A stretch of 64,000 bases of DNA, taken from the NCBI RefSeq assembly GCF_009914755.1, contig NC_060942.1. The stretch is one strand, 5' to 3'. The notes under the pieces are model-generated. The model searched no databases. It had not been told where the DNA came from and saw nothing but the letters and a program-made list of their open reading frames with translations. The translations under genes were made by a program, and so were the position numbers. Shown piece after piece: positions 27,011 through 38,967 of the stretch. Every line of letters begins with the position of its first letter. The first letter of the stretch is position 1. Source of the DNA: the human T2T-CHM13v2.0 reference genome, Homo sapiens.

Positions 27011-27315
27011 ATGTTTTTCCAGAAATAAAATATAATTTTAACATATTTCTAGGGAGTTAAGGTTTTTTAACTCTTACCCAATTTATTCCATCAGAGTTAA
27101 CTTTTCCATCAAATGTTTTTCCAAAAATAAAAATATAATTTTAACATATTTCTAGGGAGTTAAGGTTTTATAACTGTTACTCAATATATTCTATCAGAAT
27201 TAATTTTTCCATCATATGTTTTTCCAGAAATAAAAATATAATTTTAACATATTTCAGGGAGTTAAGGTTTTTTAACTCTTACCCAATATATTCCATGAGA
27301 GTTAATTTTTCCATC
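27011..27315. repeat. Tandem triplication of a ~102-bp AT-rich unit
   Basis: Units start at 27011, 27113 and 27216 (ATGTTTTTCCA(G/A)AAATAAAA...TTTTCCATC). Confidence 0.95.
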
Positions 27316-27775
27316 GCATTAATTCTATATTGGGGGTAGGGGAATACTGCTTTGTGAAAAAAAAATCCACAGAATTATCATCTTATAGTACCTATGTTGT
27401 ATATTACACATGTACACACAAATGGTTTTTACACATTAAGCACCATAAATTTGGCTACAATATTCAGTGGAAGATATCTTCCTTATAGTCTATTTATACA
27501 AGTATCTGTAGGTTCCTTTGGTGAAGGTATCACAGAGACTACTTAAAATTACCAAATTGATAATATTACTTTTATTGGCTGTGCATTTATCTTTTGGTAA
27601 ACATATATAATATGACACTATAAACTTTCTAGTATACTTTACCAGGGAACTGACAAGTCTTTTCCAAATAGATAGAAGTTAAATTTCGTACAGCAAGGAT
27701 ACTAAAGGCAGCTCAAAGATGCATTAATTCAAAAACGGTATGGTTTCATTAGGGAATGAGAATGTTTTTTCAGTC

Positions 27776-28092
27776 TTTTCTTTTTCTTTCTTTCTTTTTT
27801 TTTTTTTCTTTAGACGGAGTCTTGCTCTGTCACCAGTATGAAGTGCAGTGGCGCGATCTCGGCTCACTGAAAGCTCCGCCTCCCGGGTTCAGACGATTTC
27901 CCTGCCTCAGCCTCCTGAGTAGCTGGGACTACAGGCGTGCCACCATGCCTGGCTAATTATTTTTTTATGTTTTAGTAGAGACCGGGTTTCACCATGTTGG
28001 CCGGGATGGTCTCCATCTCCTGACCTCGTGATCTGCCTGCCTCGGCCTCCCAAAGTGCCCGGATTACAGGCGTGAGCCACAGCGCCCGGCCG
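27776..28092 (-). mobile_element. Young AluS/AluY-like element inserted in the tail of an AluJ
   Basis: CpG-retaining antisense Alu flanked on both sides by (CTTT)n/poly-T. Confidence 0.9.
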
Positions 28093-28412
28093 CTTTTTCT
28101 TTTTTCTTTCTTTCTTTCTTTTTTTTTTTTACATGCAAAGTCTGGCTCTGTCACCCAGGTTGGAGTGCATTAGTGCCATCATAGCTCACGGCAGCCTCAA
28201 ACTTGTGGGTTCAAGCAATCTTCCCACCTCAGACCCCTAAGTAGCTAGAACTACACGTACAAAATACTATACCTGGTTAATGTTTAAATTTTTTTGTAGA
28301 GACAGGGTCTTACTTCGTTGCCAAGACTGGAATCTAACTCCTGACTTCAATCCATTCTCTTGCCTCTGCCTCCAAAAGTGCTGAGATTACAGGCTTGAGC
28401 CTCCTCACTTGG
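28093..28412 (-). mobile_element. AluJ
   Basis: Diverged antisense dimer (CATAGCTCACGGCAGCCTCAAAC). Confidence 0.88.
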
Positions 28413-28529
28413 CTTTCAATATTTTTATTTTTGAAGTTGATGATGACTTCTCTCCATGGTTGCAGAGTGCTATAGTAACTCCAGGTCTAAGTATATTAAA
28501 AAAAAAAGGCTTACAAAAGAAAATTGGTG

Positions 28530-29141
28530 GGCCAGGTACAGTGGCTCACGCCTGTAATCCCAGCACTTTGGGAAGCCAAGGTGGGCAGACCACGAGGTCA
28601 GGAGATGGAGACCATCCTGGCTAACATGGTGAAACCCCGTCTCTACTAAAAATACAAAAAAAAATCAGCAGGTCGGGGTGGCTGACGCCTGTAATCTCAG
28701 CATTTTGGGAGATCGAGGCAGGTGATCACGAGGTCAGGAGATCAAGACTATCCTGGCTAACACGGTGAAACCCCGTCTCTACTAAACAAAATACAAAAAA
28801 TTAGCCGGGCATGGTGGCTGCTGGTGGGCTCCTGTAGTCCCAGCTACTCAGGAGGCTAAGGCAGGAGAATATCGTGAACCCGGGAGGCAGAGCTTGCAGT
28901 GAGCTGAGCTTGCGCCACTGCACTCCAGCCTGGGCGACAGAGCGAAACTCCATCTCAAAAAAAAACAAACAAACAAAAAAAAAAACAAAAAAATTAGCCG
29001 GGTGTGGTGGTGGGTGCCTGTAGTCCTAGCTACTCGGGAGGCTGAGGCAGCAGAATGGCGTGAACTGGGAGGCGGAGCTTGCAGTGAGCTGGGATTGTGT
29101 GACTGCACTCCAGCCTGGGGGACAGAGTGAGACTCCATCTC

Positions 29142-29166
<25 letters not shown>
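28530..29166 (+). mobile_element. AluY nested inside another AluY (left-[left-right]-right)
   Basis: Outer perfect 15-bp TSD AAAAGAAAATTGGTG (28515-28529 and 29167-29181); inner element about 28668-28985; AluY diagnostics ACCATCCTGGCTAACA and GAGCTTGCAGTGAG. Confidence 0.92.
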
Positions 29167-29175
<9 letters not shown>

Positions 29176-29184
29176 TTGGTGAAA

Positions 29185-29600
29185 TAGATGAAATCAGTAT
29201 GAAATATGCAAAAGAAACATTAATAGAAAAAAAAGATGACATAAAACAACTGAGCATTCAAGATCTTTGGAACAATATCAAACGGTCTAACACACGTATA
29301 ATTAGATTATTAGATTCCCAGATATAAAGATGAACGAACATAGGTAGAATAAATATTTAAAGAGATAAATGTCAGAATTTTCCAAAATTGATTAAAGACG
29401 TCAACCTAGATATGCATGAGCCTCGGCCATTCATAATAAGGATGAGCACAGGAAAGAGCACTCCTGGACAGCCATTGTCAAACTGTGAGCATAAAGATGA
29501 AGATGCCAAAATGAAATTAGCTAGAAAACAATTTACACTGGAATACAAGATGGGCATGACAAAATGGCAATTAACTTCTCTATATCTTGTAATAATGCTG
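29185..29600 (+). mobile_element. Old L1 ORF1 fragment
   Basis: Translates SIQDLWNNIKRSNTRII...ENFPKLIKDVNL, typical of ORF1p. Confidence 0.75.
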
Positions 29601-31645
29601 AAAGAAGGTTTTGCCGGACAAGATATATAAAAATCACAGCAGTTTGGAGAACAGACTGAGGATTTCCATAACTAAAACTTTTAAAATGACTGAGCCATTG
29701 TCTCTATAACCATGTGATTTGTTTTATTTAATTTAATTGGGTAGTATTGTAGGTTAAACATTCAATCCTAGTTTCTGTATACCATACCTAAATTGCTTTG
29801 TACAAGTGATTTAACCTCTACAAAATTTGCTTTTAGTCTATAGAGAGAATCTGTACAAGTTTAAATGAAAAAAAAATGTATATAAATTACCTAGCATAGT
29901 TCCTGGATGTCAATAAATTGAAAACCTATAAAAATTTATTTTTATACCTTGTATTGTCAATTTGTCATCCTTTTATTTATTTTCAATTTTTATATGCTTA
30001 TAATTTGTATTATTTTATAGATGAAAGAATAGGAAAATATATAAAGTATACATATATAGTGAACATTGCTATATTAACACAGAGAAGTGCATATTGCCAA
30101 ATTAAAACATTATATGAGATATGAGACATGATATCAAAATCATCTGGTCATTCCTTATTAAGTGTGAAAAAACACAGTATCTATCTTCTGGTTCCTGGCT
30201 GGATTCAATATTACAAAATAATTAGAGATGCAAAAGTAATGGGGGCAATTTTGTCACATTTACTGTTGACTGCCTATCTGCAATCACTGTGCTTCAACTA
30301 AATAAATGTGAAGAATGTCTTTGAAAAGAAAGCAAAAAAAAAAAAAAGCAAATGAAACCAAAAGTTCATTGTTTGAATATCTCTTCAAATACATCATCTG
30401 ATAACTTTTATTATTCAAATTCCATGGCTTAAAACAAAATTAATAAATTCATCTAATAAACATCTATGAACTGGCATCTATTCTTAAACCTCTGAATGTC
30501 TTAGCTTAATTATGGCTCCTATTAAAATGGCTTTATTTTAAATGAGAAAATCAAACCCACTAAGTATATGTAAAATTTGCAGTTCAATTCTGAAAAAGTT
30601 CTTCACTGAAAATAATTAGGTAGAAATTACCCTCCAAGTGTAAAGCTTAAGTTAGTACCATGTAGAAGCTTTTGCTTTATGATCCTTTTGCTATATCCTC
30701 ATCACAAACATATAAAGAACCTGTCTTAAAATACATGAAAACATGCAAAAATTAATGGCTAAAATTTATTGAGTGTTTCTGCAACAGCAAAAGGCAAATT
30801 ATGATGATAATAATAAAAAATCAACTTTTCAGTCTTTCAATCATTGTATACTACATTTGCATCAAGTGTGCAATCTATTATTTCATTTATGCAAAGATCT
30901 TCATTAGGTATTAATATTTTTGCTTTTCTGTGACTCTTTTGGGCCTCTATTAGTAAGTAGTCACATTTTCCTTATTCTTTCTTTCTTTTTTTTCTGCTTG
31001 TACAGGGTTTTGTAGGTTCTCTCTTCCTCTTCTGCAGTATGTATTAATAAAAAAATAGTTGCAGTAAGTAAAAGTGAGAGATATCTCAGGTCTTCCACAT
31101 ATCTTATGTAAAAATGTTCCCTGTTCCTTTACTGACTTCACCACCTCTCAGGCTCTTTGCAGTCTCTCTCTCCCTCTTGTAGGAGCCATTAATTCAACCA
31201 TAGCTGTTTGTGGAGAATACCACTGTGTAACAAAATGCATTTCTTATTTTTTACTTTTTCCACTTTTATCCCAGCATATTGGGAAAAGCAGATTACCCTC
31301 TTATTTTCTGTCCTCACCATTTTCTCATGCAGGGCAGCAAGACCTTGATATAAAAACCCTAGATCAATTAAGCACTAGATGTCATCCTTTATTGCTATCT
31401 CTTCTCCCTTTTCACTCTATCACAAATTGAATTGAACCCAGAACATCCAAAAACTAAGACTCTTTTTTTCTTTCCTATTAGCTTATCTTACCATTTACAG
31501 CAACAGTAAAAGTCTACTATGCTTCACATTAGACATCTATAGCATTAGAATATTCTATTGGTTTAGGAAATATTCCTATGGGCACAGTAACACCTGAGTC
31601 CTAAATTACATTGTGTGCAATGGTACATTATATTATAATAGTTTG

Positions 31646-31985
31646 TGATGTAGTTCAGCTGTGTCCCCACCCAAATCTCATCTTGAATTCCCACGTGTTG
31701 TGGGAGGGACTGGGTGAGAGGTAATTGAATCATGGAGGCAAGTCTTTCTAGTGCTGCTCTCATGATAGTGAATAAATCTCATGAGATATGATGGTTTTAT
31801 AAAGAGGAGGTCCTTTGCACAAGTTCTCTCTCTTTGCCTGCTACCATCCATGAAGACGTGACTTGTGCCATGAATGTGAGTCTTCCCCAGACACGTGGCA
31901 CTGTAAGACTATTAAACCTCTTTCTTTTGTAAATTGTCCAGCCTCAGGTATATCTTTATCAGAAATATGAAAACAGACTAATACA
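31646..31985 (+). mobile_element. THE1 solo LTR
   Basis: TGATG...TGTGTCCCCACCCAAATCTCATCTTGAAT...AGACTAATACA; 5-bp TSD GTTTG/GTTCG. Confidence 0.93.
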
Positions 31986-32319
31986 GTTCGACTTTGAGAT
32001 AATTTGGAAAGTGAGTCTCATGAAAGATTAGAATTGGATTTGCTTAATTTTTGAGATGCTAGGTTGGCCATAAAACTGGGCACCCATTTAATTTGTTAGA
32101 TCAAGCTACAACTAACAAACAAGGAATCCAGACCATTAAGATAATGTGATTCAGATCCTCTTTGGAGATAAGATATATGGATATTAACTTATTTAGGGCT
32201 AAAACTTTTCAATGATTGAGATTAGTTTTTTGTTTGTTTGTTTGTTTTTAGAATTCAGAGTTTGTGTATTCTAATGGGAAACCATTCACAGTGTTCACAT
32301 ATATAATATTTTTTTTCCA

Positions 32320-32590
32320 TTGCAAGTGGTGCAATTACAGCTCACACCAACCTTGACCTCTCAAGCTCAAGCTATCCTCCCAGCTCAGGCTTGGGTAGCT
32401 GGGACTACAGGCCCCCACCACCAAGCCTGGATAAATTTAAACCAGTTTTTTTTTTTTTTTTTTTTTTTGGAGAGCTAGGTTCTTGCTATGTTGCCCAGGC
32501 TGGTCTCAAACTCCTGGGCTCAAGCCATCTTCATGCCTCAGCCTCCCAAACTGCTGGGATTATAGATATGAGCCACCACAACTGACCTAA
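32320..32590 (-). mobile_element. AluJ, truncated
   Basis: Diverged antisense Alu with expanded poly-T linker. Confidence 0.85.
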
Positions 32591-33468
32591 ATTTTTTAAT
32601 CATACGTGTGCAATAAAATAGGGTACAATATAGGAAAAAAAAATATCCTCTGTTAGGAAACAATATATAAAATTAGTGCATAATTTAAGAAATATTTGGC
32701 CTTGAGGTAAATTAATGTGCTGTTTAGAGGGCTCTGGGTGATAGTTAAAGTGTCATGTTTCCTGGTTCCAAGGGTCTACAAAGAAACAATAGTATGTGCA
32801 GTATATAAAGCCACATGTCATTACAACAAGCCTTCCTTGGTAGACAATTGATACTTCTCCTAGAATTGTATGGACTGTCCATGACTGACTATGGGCTCAA
32901 CTGTCAAAGCCAGCAGTTGAAGAAAAACAAATTAAAGCCAGGAGAGCCAGTGTTGAAGAGAGGAGAGGCTTCTGTTCTTTTCTCCAGACATCAACAGTGC
33001 TTTTGTTCCTTTACTGGCTTTGTATGATCATCCATCCCTCTCTTTTCCCCAAAAGGAAAAGAAAATACTAATAATGTCATATTGCAAACATTGAGCCCTA
33101 TTTACCCATGGTAATGGTTGGGGTCGCTGTATGTAAAATGGTAATGCTCTTGTGCATGGTCTTCTTTTCAAATTCTAAAGCAGGTACTGAATTTACTTTA
33201 AGACTTAACTTCCTGAGGGAGACTCTGGCTTTCCTAGAATTGATATATTAAAAAAAAAACAAAAAAACACCAGAATAATGGGAAGTCCTATTTATTCCTT
33301 GAGCATAAGCTATATGCTTTTTCTTAGACATCCAATGCTTTGCCTTTGTGCTAGGAGAATTTAGCAGAGTAAAAGTACAAAGTACATTGTTTTACATTGT
33401 CTGTGATTTCTCCGGGTACATTGTCTATCTATTTGGGACATTTAACGTGAAAGAAAAGCCTAATAATA

Positions 33469-34028
33469 CAGTAGTCCCCCTTACCTGCAGGGGATATGTT
33501 CCAAGACCCATGGTGAATGTCTGAAACCACAGATAGTACTAAATCCTACATATACTATGTTTTGCCCCTATACATCTGTACTTATGATAAAGTTTAATTC
33601 ATAAATTAGCCACAGTAGGATATTAACAATAACTAACAATAAAATAGGAAAATTATAATAATGTACAGTAATAAAAGTCATGTGAATATGGTCTCTGTGT
33701 CTTTGTATCTCAAAATATTTTGTTGTACTGTACTTACCCTTCTTTTTCTTGTGGTTTGTGGATCTGATAACCAAGAAGGCTAATAAGTGCCTCCACTAAG
33801 TGACTAATGGGTGGGTAGTGGATATGAGGAGCAAAGGGATGATTCACATATTTAGCAGGACAGAGTGGAACCATGTGAGAGTTTGTCATGCTACTCAGAA
33901 AGGCAAGCAATTTAAAACTTACAAATTGTTCTTACTAGAATTTTTCATGTAATATTTTTGGACTGCAGTTCACTACAGGTAAATGAAGCCTTGCAAAGTG
34001 AAACAACAGATAAGCAGAAATTGCCATA
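33469..34028 (-). mobile_element. MER44 (TcMar-Tigger) DNA transposon
   Basis: TA-CAGTAGTCCCCCTTA TIR at left, degenerate TIR at right, about 560 bp. Confidence 0.8.
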
Positions 34029-34454
34029 CCAAACAATCAAAATCTCATTCATAAACCTACAAATAATTTGCTATTGAAAAAAATAACAAGGCTTCTCTTG
34101 TCCTTCAACTGACATCCTCCTAAATTTATACTTATGCAACACTGAAATCACCAAAATAATTTTGGGGGTATATTTAACTCATTAATTACCAAAATATGGA
34201 GTAGAGTTTTAGAATGAAATAGTCATAGTAGATTTTAAAATAAATGCATGTATTACATTTTTTGAAAACTTGTAGATAAATAGAAGGTTGTTCTTGGATC
34301 AAACAGAATTAATGGAATTTTTTAAAAAACTATTATACTCTTTTGTATTAACCTTTTAAATAATTAGTTTGCCATACGTTATGTAATTAATGAGAAGATG
34401 AATTAATATTTCCATCTGGTCCAAAATATGTTAAGAAAATAGGTTTCACCCTTG

Positions 34455-34930
34455 TTGTCAGAGAGAGGTTGTATTTTGTAACATAAAGTAAAAAAAAAAA
34501 AATCCGAAATAATAGTGGCTTGAACAAGGTATCAGTCTACTTCTCTCTCACCCAAAATAATTGCAAAAATAGGCCATGGAAAGTGGGGTGAGTATTTTTA
34601 CCACTCTGGAGGGACTCAGGCTTCATCTTTGCTCAACTCAGCATCTCTAGGATCTAATCAGAGTCTTCATTGTCCTGGATGATTCCAGCCATCACATTCA
34701 TACACTAGGCAACTGAATTAATACAAGGAAGAAGTAGAAAAAGCCACGACCTTTTCAAGGAGACTTCCTGGATGTCCCACAAAACTCTTGCCCTTAAAAT
34801 TTAATGGCCAGGAAGTACCCACAGGGCCACGCGGAGTAGCAAGAGAAGTTTTTCACCTGGGCACCAATGAATTATTTTACTAACATGGAGTGGAGGAAAG
34901 ATTTTGGAAAGCAATGAGCAGTCTCTGCTA
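34455..34930 (-). mobile_element. Old MLT1-type LTR relic
   Basis: AATAGTGGCTTGAACAAG...TTCTCTCTCA and ATGGCCAGGAAGTACCCACAGGGCCAC motifs. Confidence 0.5.
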
Positions 34931-35366
34931 AAAATTTGAGAGATGAAAATTCTCAAAAATTATTTAGAAAATATTGAAAGTTATACATTTGAAAATGATA
35001 GCAAAATGCAGGTCATGCTTTATAAATAGCAATAATACTTTGACAATTTGCCTGTTTGTCCCTTTCCAGAAACGTAGCTTAATGATGATGGTGATTATTG
35101 AATTTTAAATGGCAACAAGTGTCTCTTAGCTTCATCTAAATAAAGTTATATTGTTTCCTATTTCTTTAATTTACTATGCAAGATTATAAGAGAAAAATAT
35201 GACTTTGCTCATTGTACTTTGCCCTCTTAGGAAACCCTCCAGGCAATTGTCCAAGGAGAAACAGGCAGAAAAGTGTGTTGCTGATAGAAGCAGAGGAGGG
35301 AAACCAAGTTTGACAGCAGTGAAATAAACAATACAAATATACAGTAAATTTGAAAATCTATTTGAT

Positions 35367-35839
35367 TGCCAAGTCTGTCCCACAGATGAAAGAAGTTCGC
35401 TGACACAGATATTTTGCCTGACAATGCAGCTAGGGGAATGCACGGCTCTGCACCGTCCACGAGAGAGTCCAGCAGCCACTGAGAGAGTGCCACCCCCATA
35501 AGCCAGCCCTGCTTGCATTTATTTAGAACAGATTTAATGACAAAGGCTTGGAGTAAACATAATTTGTGGGTAATAAACATTGTCAACCCCTGAGTACAGC
35601 ACAGTTCTGTGCACAAATGATCAAAGGTTGGTTTCTGGAGACAGGAGTAAACGAATTTATCTAGATAAGTTCATTTACATTCCCTTGTTATCTACCCTTT
35701 GCTCTCAGGCTCTAGATAAGAGAATCTGGCTGCTTTCAGCCAAATCCTCTTTCGAAGCTTTTGCAAAACCTCCCAGCCTTCCATGAATGTTTGCATCTTT
35801 CCCTATAATTTCTCCCACAACCCTGACTGACCTCCTACA
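35367..35839 (-). mobile_element. 3' LTR (LTR22 family)
   Basis: Minus strand TGTAGGAGGTCAGTCAGGG...GACTTGGCA; AATAAA at 35518-35523; about 19 bp shorter in U5 than the 5' LTR. Confidence 0.92.
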
Positions 35840-35851
35840 TCTCCCCCTTTT
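35840..35851 (-). other. Polypurine tract
   Basis: AAAAGGGGGAGA directly upstream of the 3' LTR TG. Confidence 0.9.
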
Positions 35852-37516
35852 CTGTTTTTTTGCATCAGGTTTTGTTGATTGAAGAGCACAGATGTGTGCA
35901 GCAACAGGTTTGTCTGGCGCAGGGGTTATTGCTCGTATTCCCACTTGGCATCCTAGAATTAGTAAATAACATAAGACAAACATCAGCATAATTAGCAACA
36001 TTCTTTACCAATCTAAAGTGACCCCCAGGAGTGGGGGTCTATCCAGGAGAGATGTTCTCACATATCCTTCCATATGGTTGTTTGTTGGGCATGTAGATCT
36101 ATGGTGTTTAGGGACTCTAGAATTTTAATTTTAAGTTGCCTTATGTCTGCTGTTAAATTATCAGGTCAGGTTCCCCAGAGGTATTGTTTCACTTCATCCC
36201 AACTATGTATTGATTGATCCAAGGTAGAGAGGTGGCACAATGTGCTTATGCTCCCAGTCACGGTTTAATTGCTGTCAGAATGCCAGTGCATCTTGCCGCT
36301 CCCCTACATATTGTAAGGAGCGTTGAGGGCTTTCAGGCATGCAAGAATCTTTTAATCTACACCCTGCTGTAAGAGAAGTTCATTAGACACATTTTTGGCC
36401 AAGTTATCTACAAAGGTAGCTGTTTGCACTGATTCAGTAATAGAGGCCACAGCAACACTAGCAGTTGCCAAGATGATTATGGCTGAGATTATTAAGGCTA
36501 TAAGTGTGCCTATGAATCTTTTGGGTCAGACCTGGGATAGGGCATATTCTAAGGTGGCAAGGACAGAGGAACCTTGCCAATCGCACGTCAGATTGACTGG
36601 TAGGAATGCCTCTCAGATTGTCTCCTTAATACCATGACACTAGTAATATTTATATTAGATATATTGTAATTAGTGATACATGAGGTGAACCAAGCCTGTC
36701 CCTGCACTTGGGTCACAAATGTGGAGTTTTGGCATGTAGTGAAAATATTAGTTCCCATAAAAAAACATATGGATGAGTAGTGTAAATCAGGCACTGATCT
36801 GTGTGATTATGAATAGCGGTCACAGTATAATTGTTACTGGAATTATGATATGTTCCATGCCGGGTGTTAAGGGAGGTGGTAAGATGTCCCAGGCACCATA
36901 AAATGTCTTGGGGTGGCATGGACTTTACTTGAGATCTCATATATCCCATCCCCCCATCAGCCCAAATCATAGGGGAATGGGACATAGCTATGACACTGTG
37001 ACTGATGCCATGATAGATGCGGCCATCAGTGTGATCACCCTGCAAATGACAATGGGGGCTCCAGCCTAAGATATTCTTACTGCCTAATTGGAGGCTACGG
37101 GCTTGTCCCCCATGACAGACCTCCCAGCTAAAGTGGAACCCATTACTTTTTCAACTTTGTTCTTCAGCACAGGGAGGAATGTTGGGGAAGGTGGCATTCG
37201 TTGCATTGCTCAGTTTGAGGCTGCCTGCAACCAAGAATGTTAAGACATTTCCTTTGCCATGAAGTAGCCATAATTGTGTTTCGGCAGGTACACAGTAAGG
37301 GTTAGAACTTTTATAACTTACAAACAGTGGGAGGATAGTGGAGTGATATATAGTGTTACCTGGCACCTTATCAAGTGTGTGCCATTAATGAGAGCCTGCA
37401 CTGAGGGTAAGTCAATCCCTCCTAGCCAAGCAATTATGCTATTAGAAGCTGGGAAGGGGGTGTCTGCCCAAGTAAAAAGGTCGAAGAAAGGCAGATCTAA
37501 GAGATGAGCCCAATAG
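35840..37516 (-). pseudogene. env: HML-5 env pseudogene (SU lacking signal peptide, plus TM)
   Basis: YWAHLLDLPFFDLFTWADTP at SU start; *PKR/FIGTLIALIISAIIILATASVAVA cleavage site and fusion peptide near 36530-36450; hydrophobic TM LLIMLMFVLCYLLIL; many stops and frameshifts. Confidence 0.88.
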
Positions 37517-38815
37517 GGGTTCTTTTTCTGAGTTACTTTGGTCTATACTATTGGGGCATTCCCTCCTCATATGACCTGGCTCTCCACATAGAATACAATT
37601 TGGGTTTCTCTCCTTTTTCACTTTAGGAGGCCTTAATGCCATAGCTAATATTATGGCTTTCTGTGTTTCAGTCCCTACCAGTTGACATGCTCATATAAGT
37701 TACCCAACTGTGGCCGCCTTTCCTCTGATTACCTGCATTGCTTGCTGGCAGTCGACATTAGCATTTTCATAAGCCAACTGCAACAATAAGATATCAGTAA
37801 CCTGGGTGTGAATAGTTTGTCTCTTAATTGCCTGGGTTAACCAGTTGATAAATTCAACAAATGGCTCCTGTGGCCCTTTTTGAACATTTATAAAAGATCC
37901 CTGTTGAACTCTGCTTTTGGGAATTTGGTCCCAAGCTCTGAGAGCAAACAAAGACACTTGTGCATAGGCCTAGGGATCAAAATTTAGTTGTTGTTGCACA
38001 TTGGCATGGGGACCCATCCCCTGGAGCATAGCAGCTGTTATGACTTGCCCGGCCACTTGATTCTGTTTGGCTTGTTGTTCGCATAACTCATCATATTCTG
38101 CCCTCCAGAGGAGGTATTGGCTAGGCTTCAAAGTTGTTTTAGCTAGCACTGACCAGTCCCATGGGGTCATATGGAAGTTGTCTGCCATGGTTTCAATTAT
38201 TTCTTTGGTAAATGGGCTAGTGGCTCCATTTTCTTTAATGCTTTTTCTTCTCTCTTTATAAACATTCAAAGAAATGGGTTCATATGCCTGATTGCCTTGT
38301 CAATCTTGCACTACTGGGCAGGCCAAGAGATCCCATCCTAATGCTGCTTGCCTAAGACAGGGTCCCATAGCTATAGCATATCCCTTGTCTTTTTCCAATT
38401 TATTGGAGGAGGGAGCTCAGGCAAAACCTCTGTTTCCTCTGTTAATTTTGCCTGGAAACAGTGGGGCTGAGGGAGAAGGAAGAGGCAGTGATGTAGGTGA
38501 TGGTTCCTCCTCCCTTCCCTTTCTAGGCTCTTCTGTGTAGAACGGGACCAAAGCCACCCTAACTAAGGCCCATAATGTTAGAGATGTTACTGGGACCCGT
38601 TGCCCTTGTGCATTATGTTATTTAAGATTTCTCCCAACTTGTTACAAGAGCTCTATGTCTAGTGTGCCTTCTTCTGGGAACCATGGGTTATGGGAAACAA
38701 CAGGTTACATTAGGCCCCTTAATTGAGCCTGCAAAACCGAGGCTCCACTAGCTTTAAGCAGCTGTTTCAATACTTTTATATACTGTTTCTATTGAGCTGA
38801 TAACTGTTGTCCCAT
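37517..38815 (-). pseudogene. gag: HML-5 gag pseudogene (MA, CA, first NC zinc knuckle)
   Basis: ATG at 38815 giving MGQQLS; MA motif PWFPEEGTLD; CA GATSPFTK..TPWDW; MHR INVQKGPQEPFVEFI; CCHC knuckle CILCGEPGHMRREC; multiple stops. Confidence 0.92.
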
Positions 38816-38947
38816 GATGAAATCCTAGCCTGAACAATTCCCTCAAACTTGGAAATCCCAAGTGGGTATCAATGACTAATTGACTTACTGATTGTGCAGT
38901 CTCTTCTTCTTCATTTTCGAGGGTTCCATCATGATCTGCTGCAGCAA

Positions 38948-38965
38948 TCCTCATGCGGGGCACCA
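38948..38965 (-). other. Primer binding site complementary to elongator tRNA-Met
   Basis: TGGTGCCCCGCATGAGGA versus the expected TGGTGCCCCGTGTGAGGA (16/18), 2 nt after the 5' LTR. Confidence 0.88.
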
Positions 38966-38967
38966 CC

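Noticed and set aside
27011-27315. CRISPR-like or iteron-like array
   Set aside because: The units are contiguous with no unique spacers, the context is primate DNA and there are no cas genes.
35174-35786. Paralogous-looking ORFs here and at 38754-39502
   Set aside because: They are translations of the two LTR22 copies, not duplicated genes.
36395-36637. Hydrophobic 80-aa ORF on the + strand
   Set aside because: It is the antisense shadow of the env fusion-peptide region and has no ATG start.
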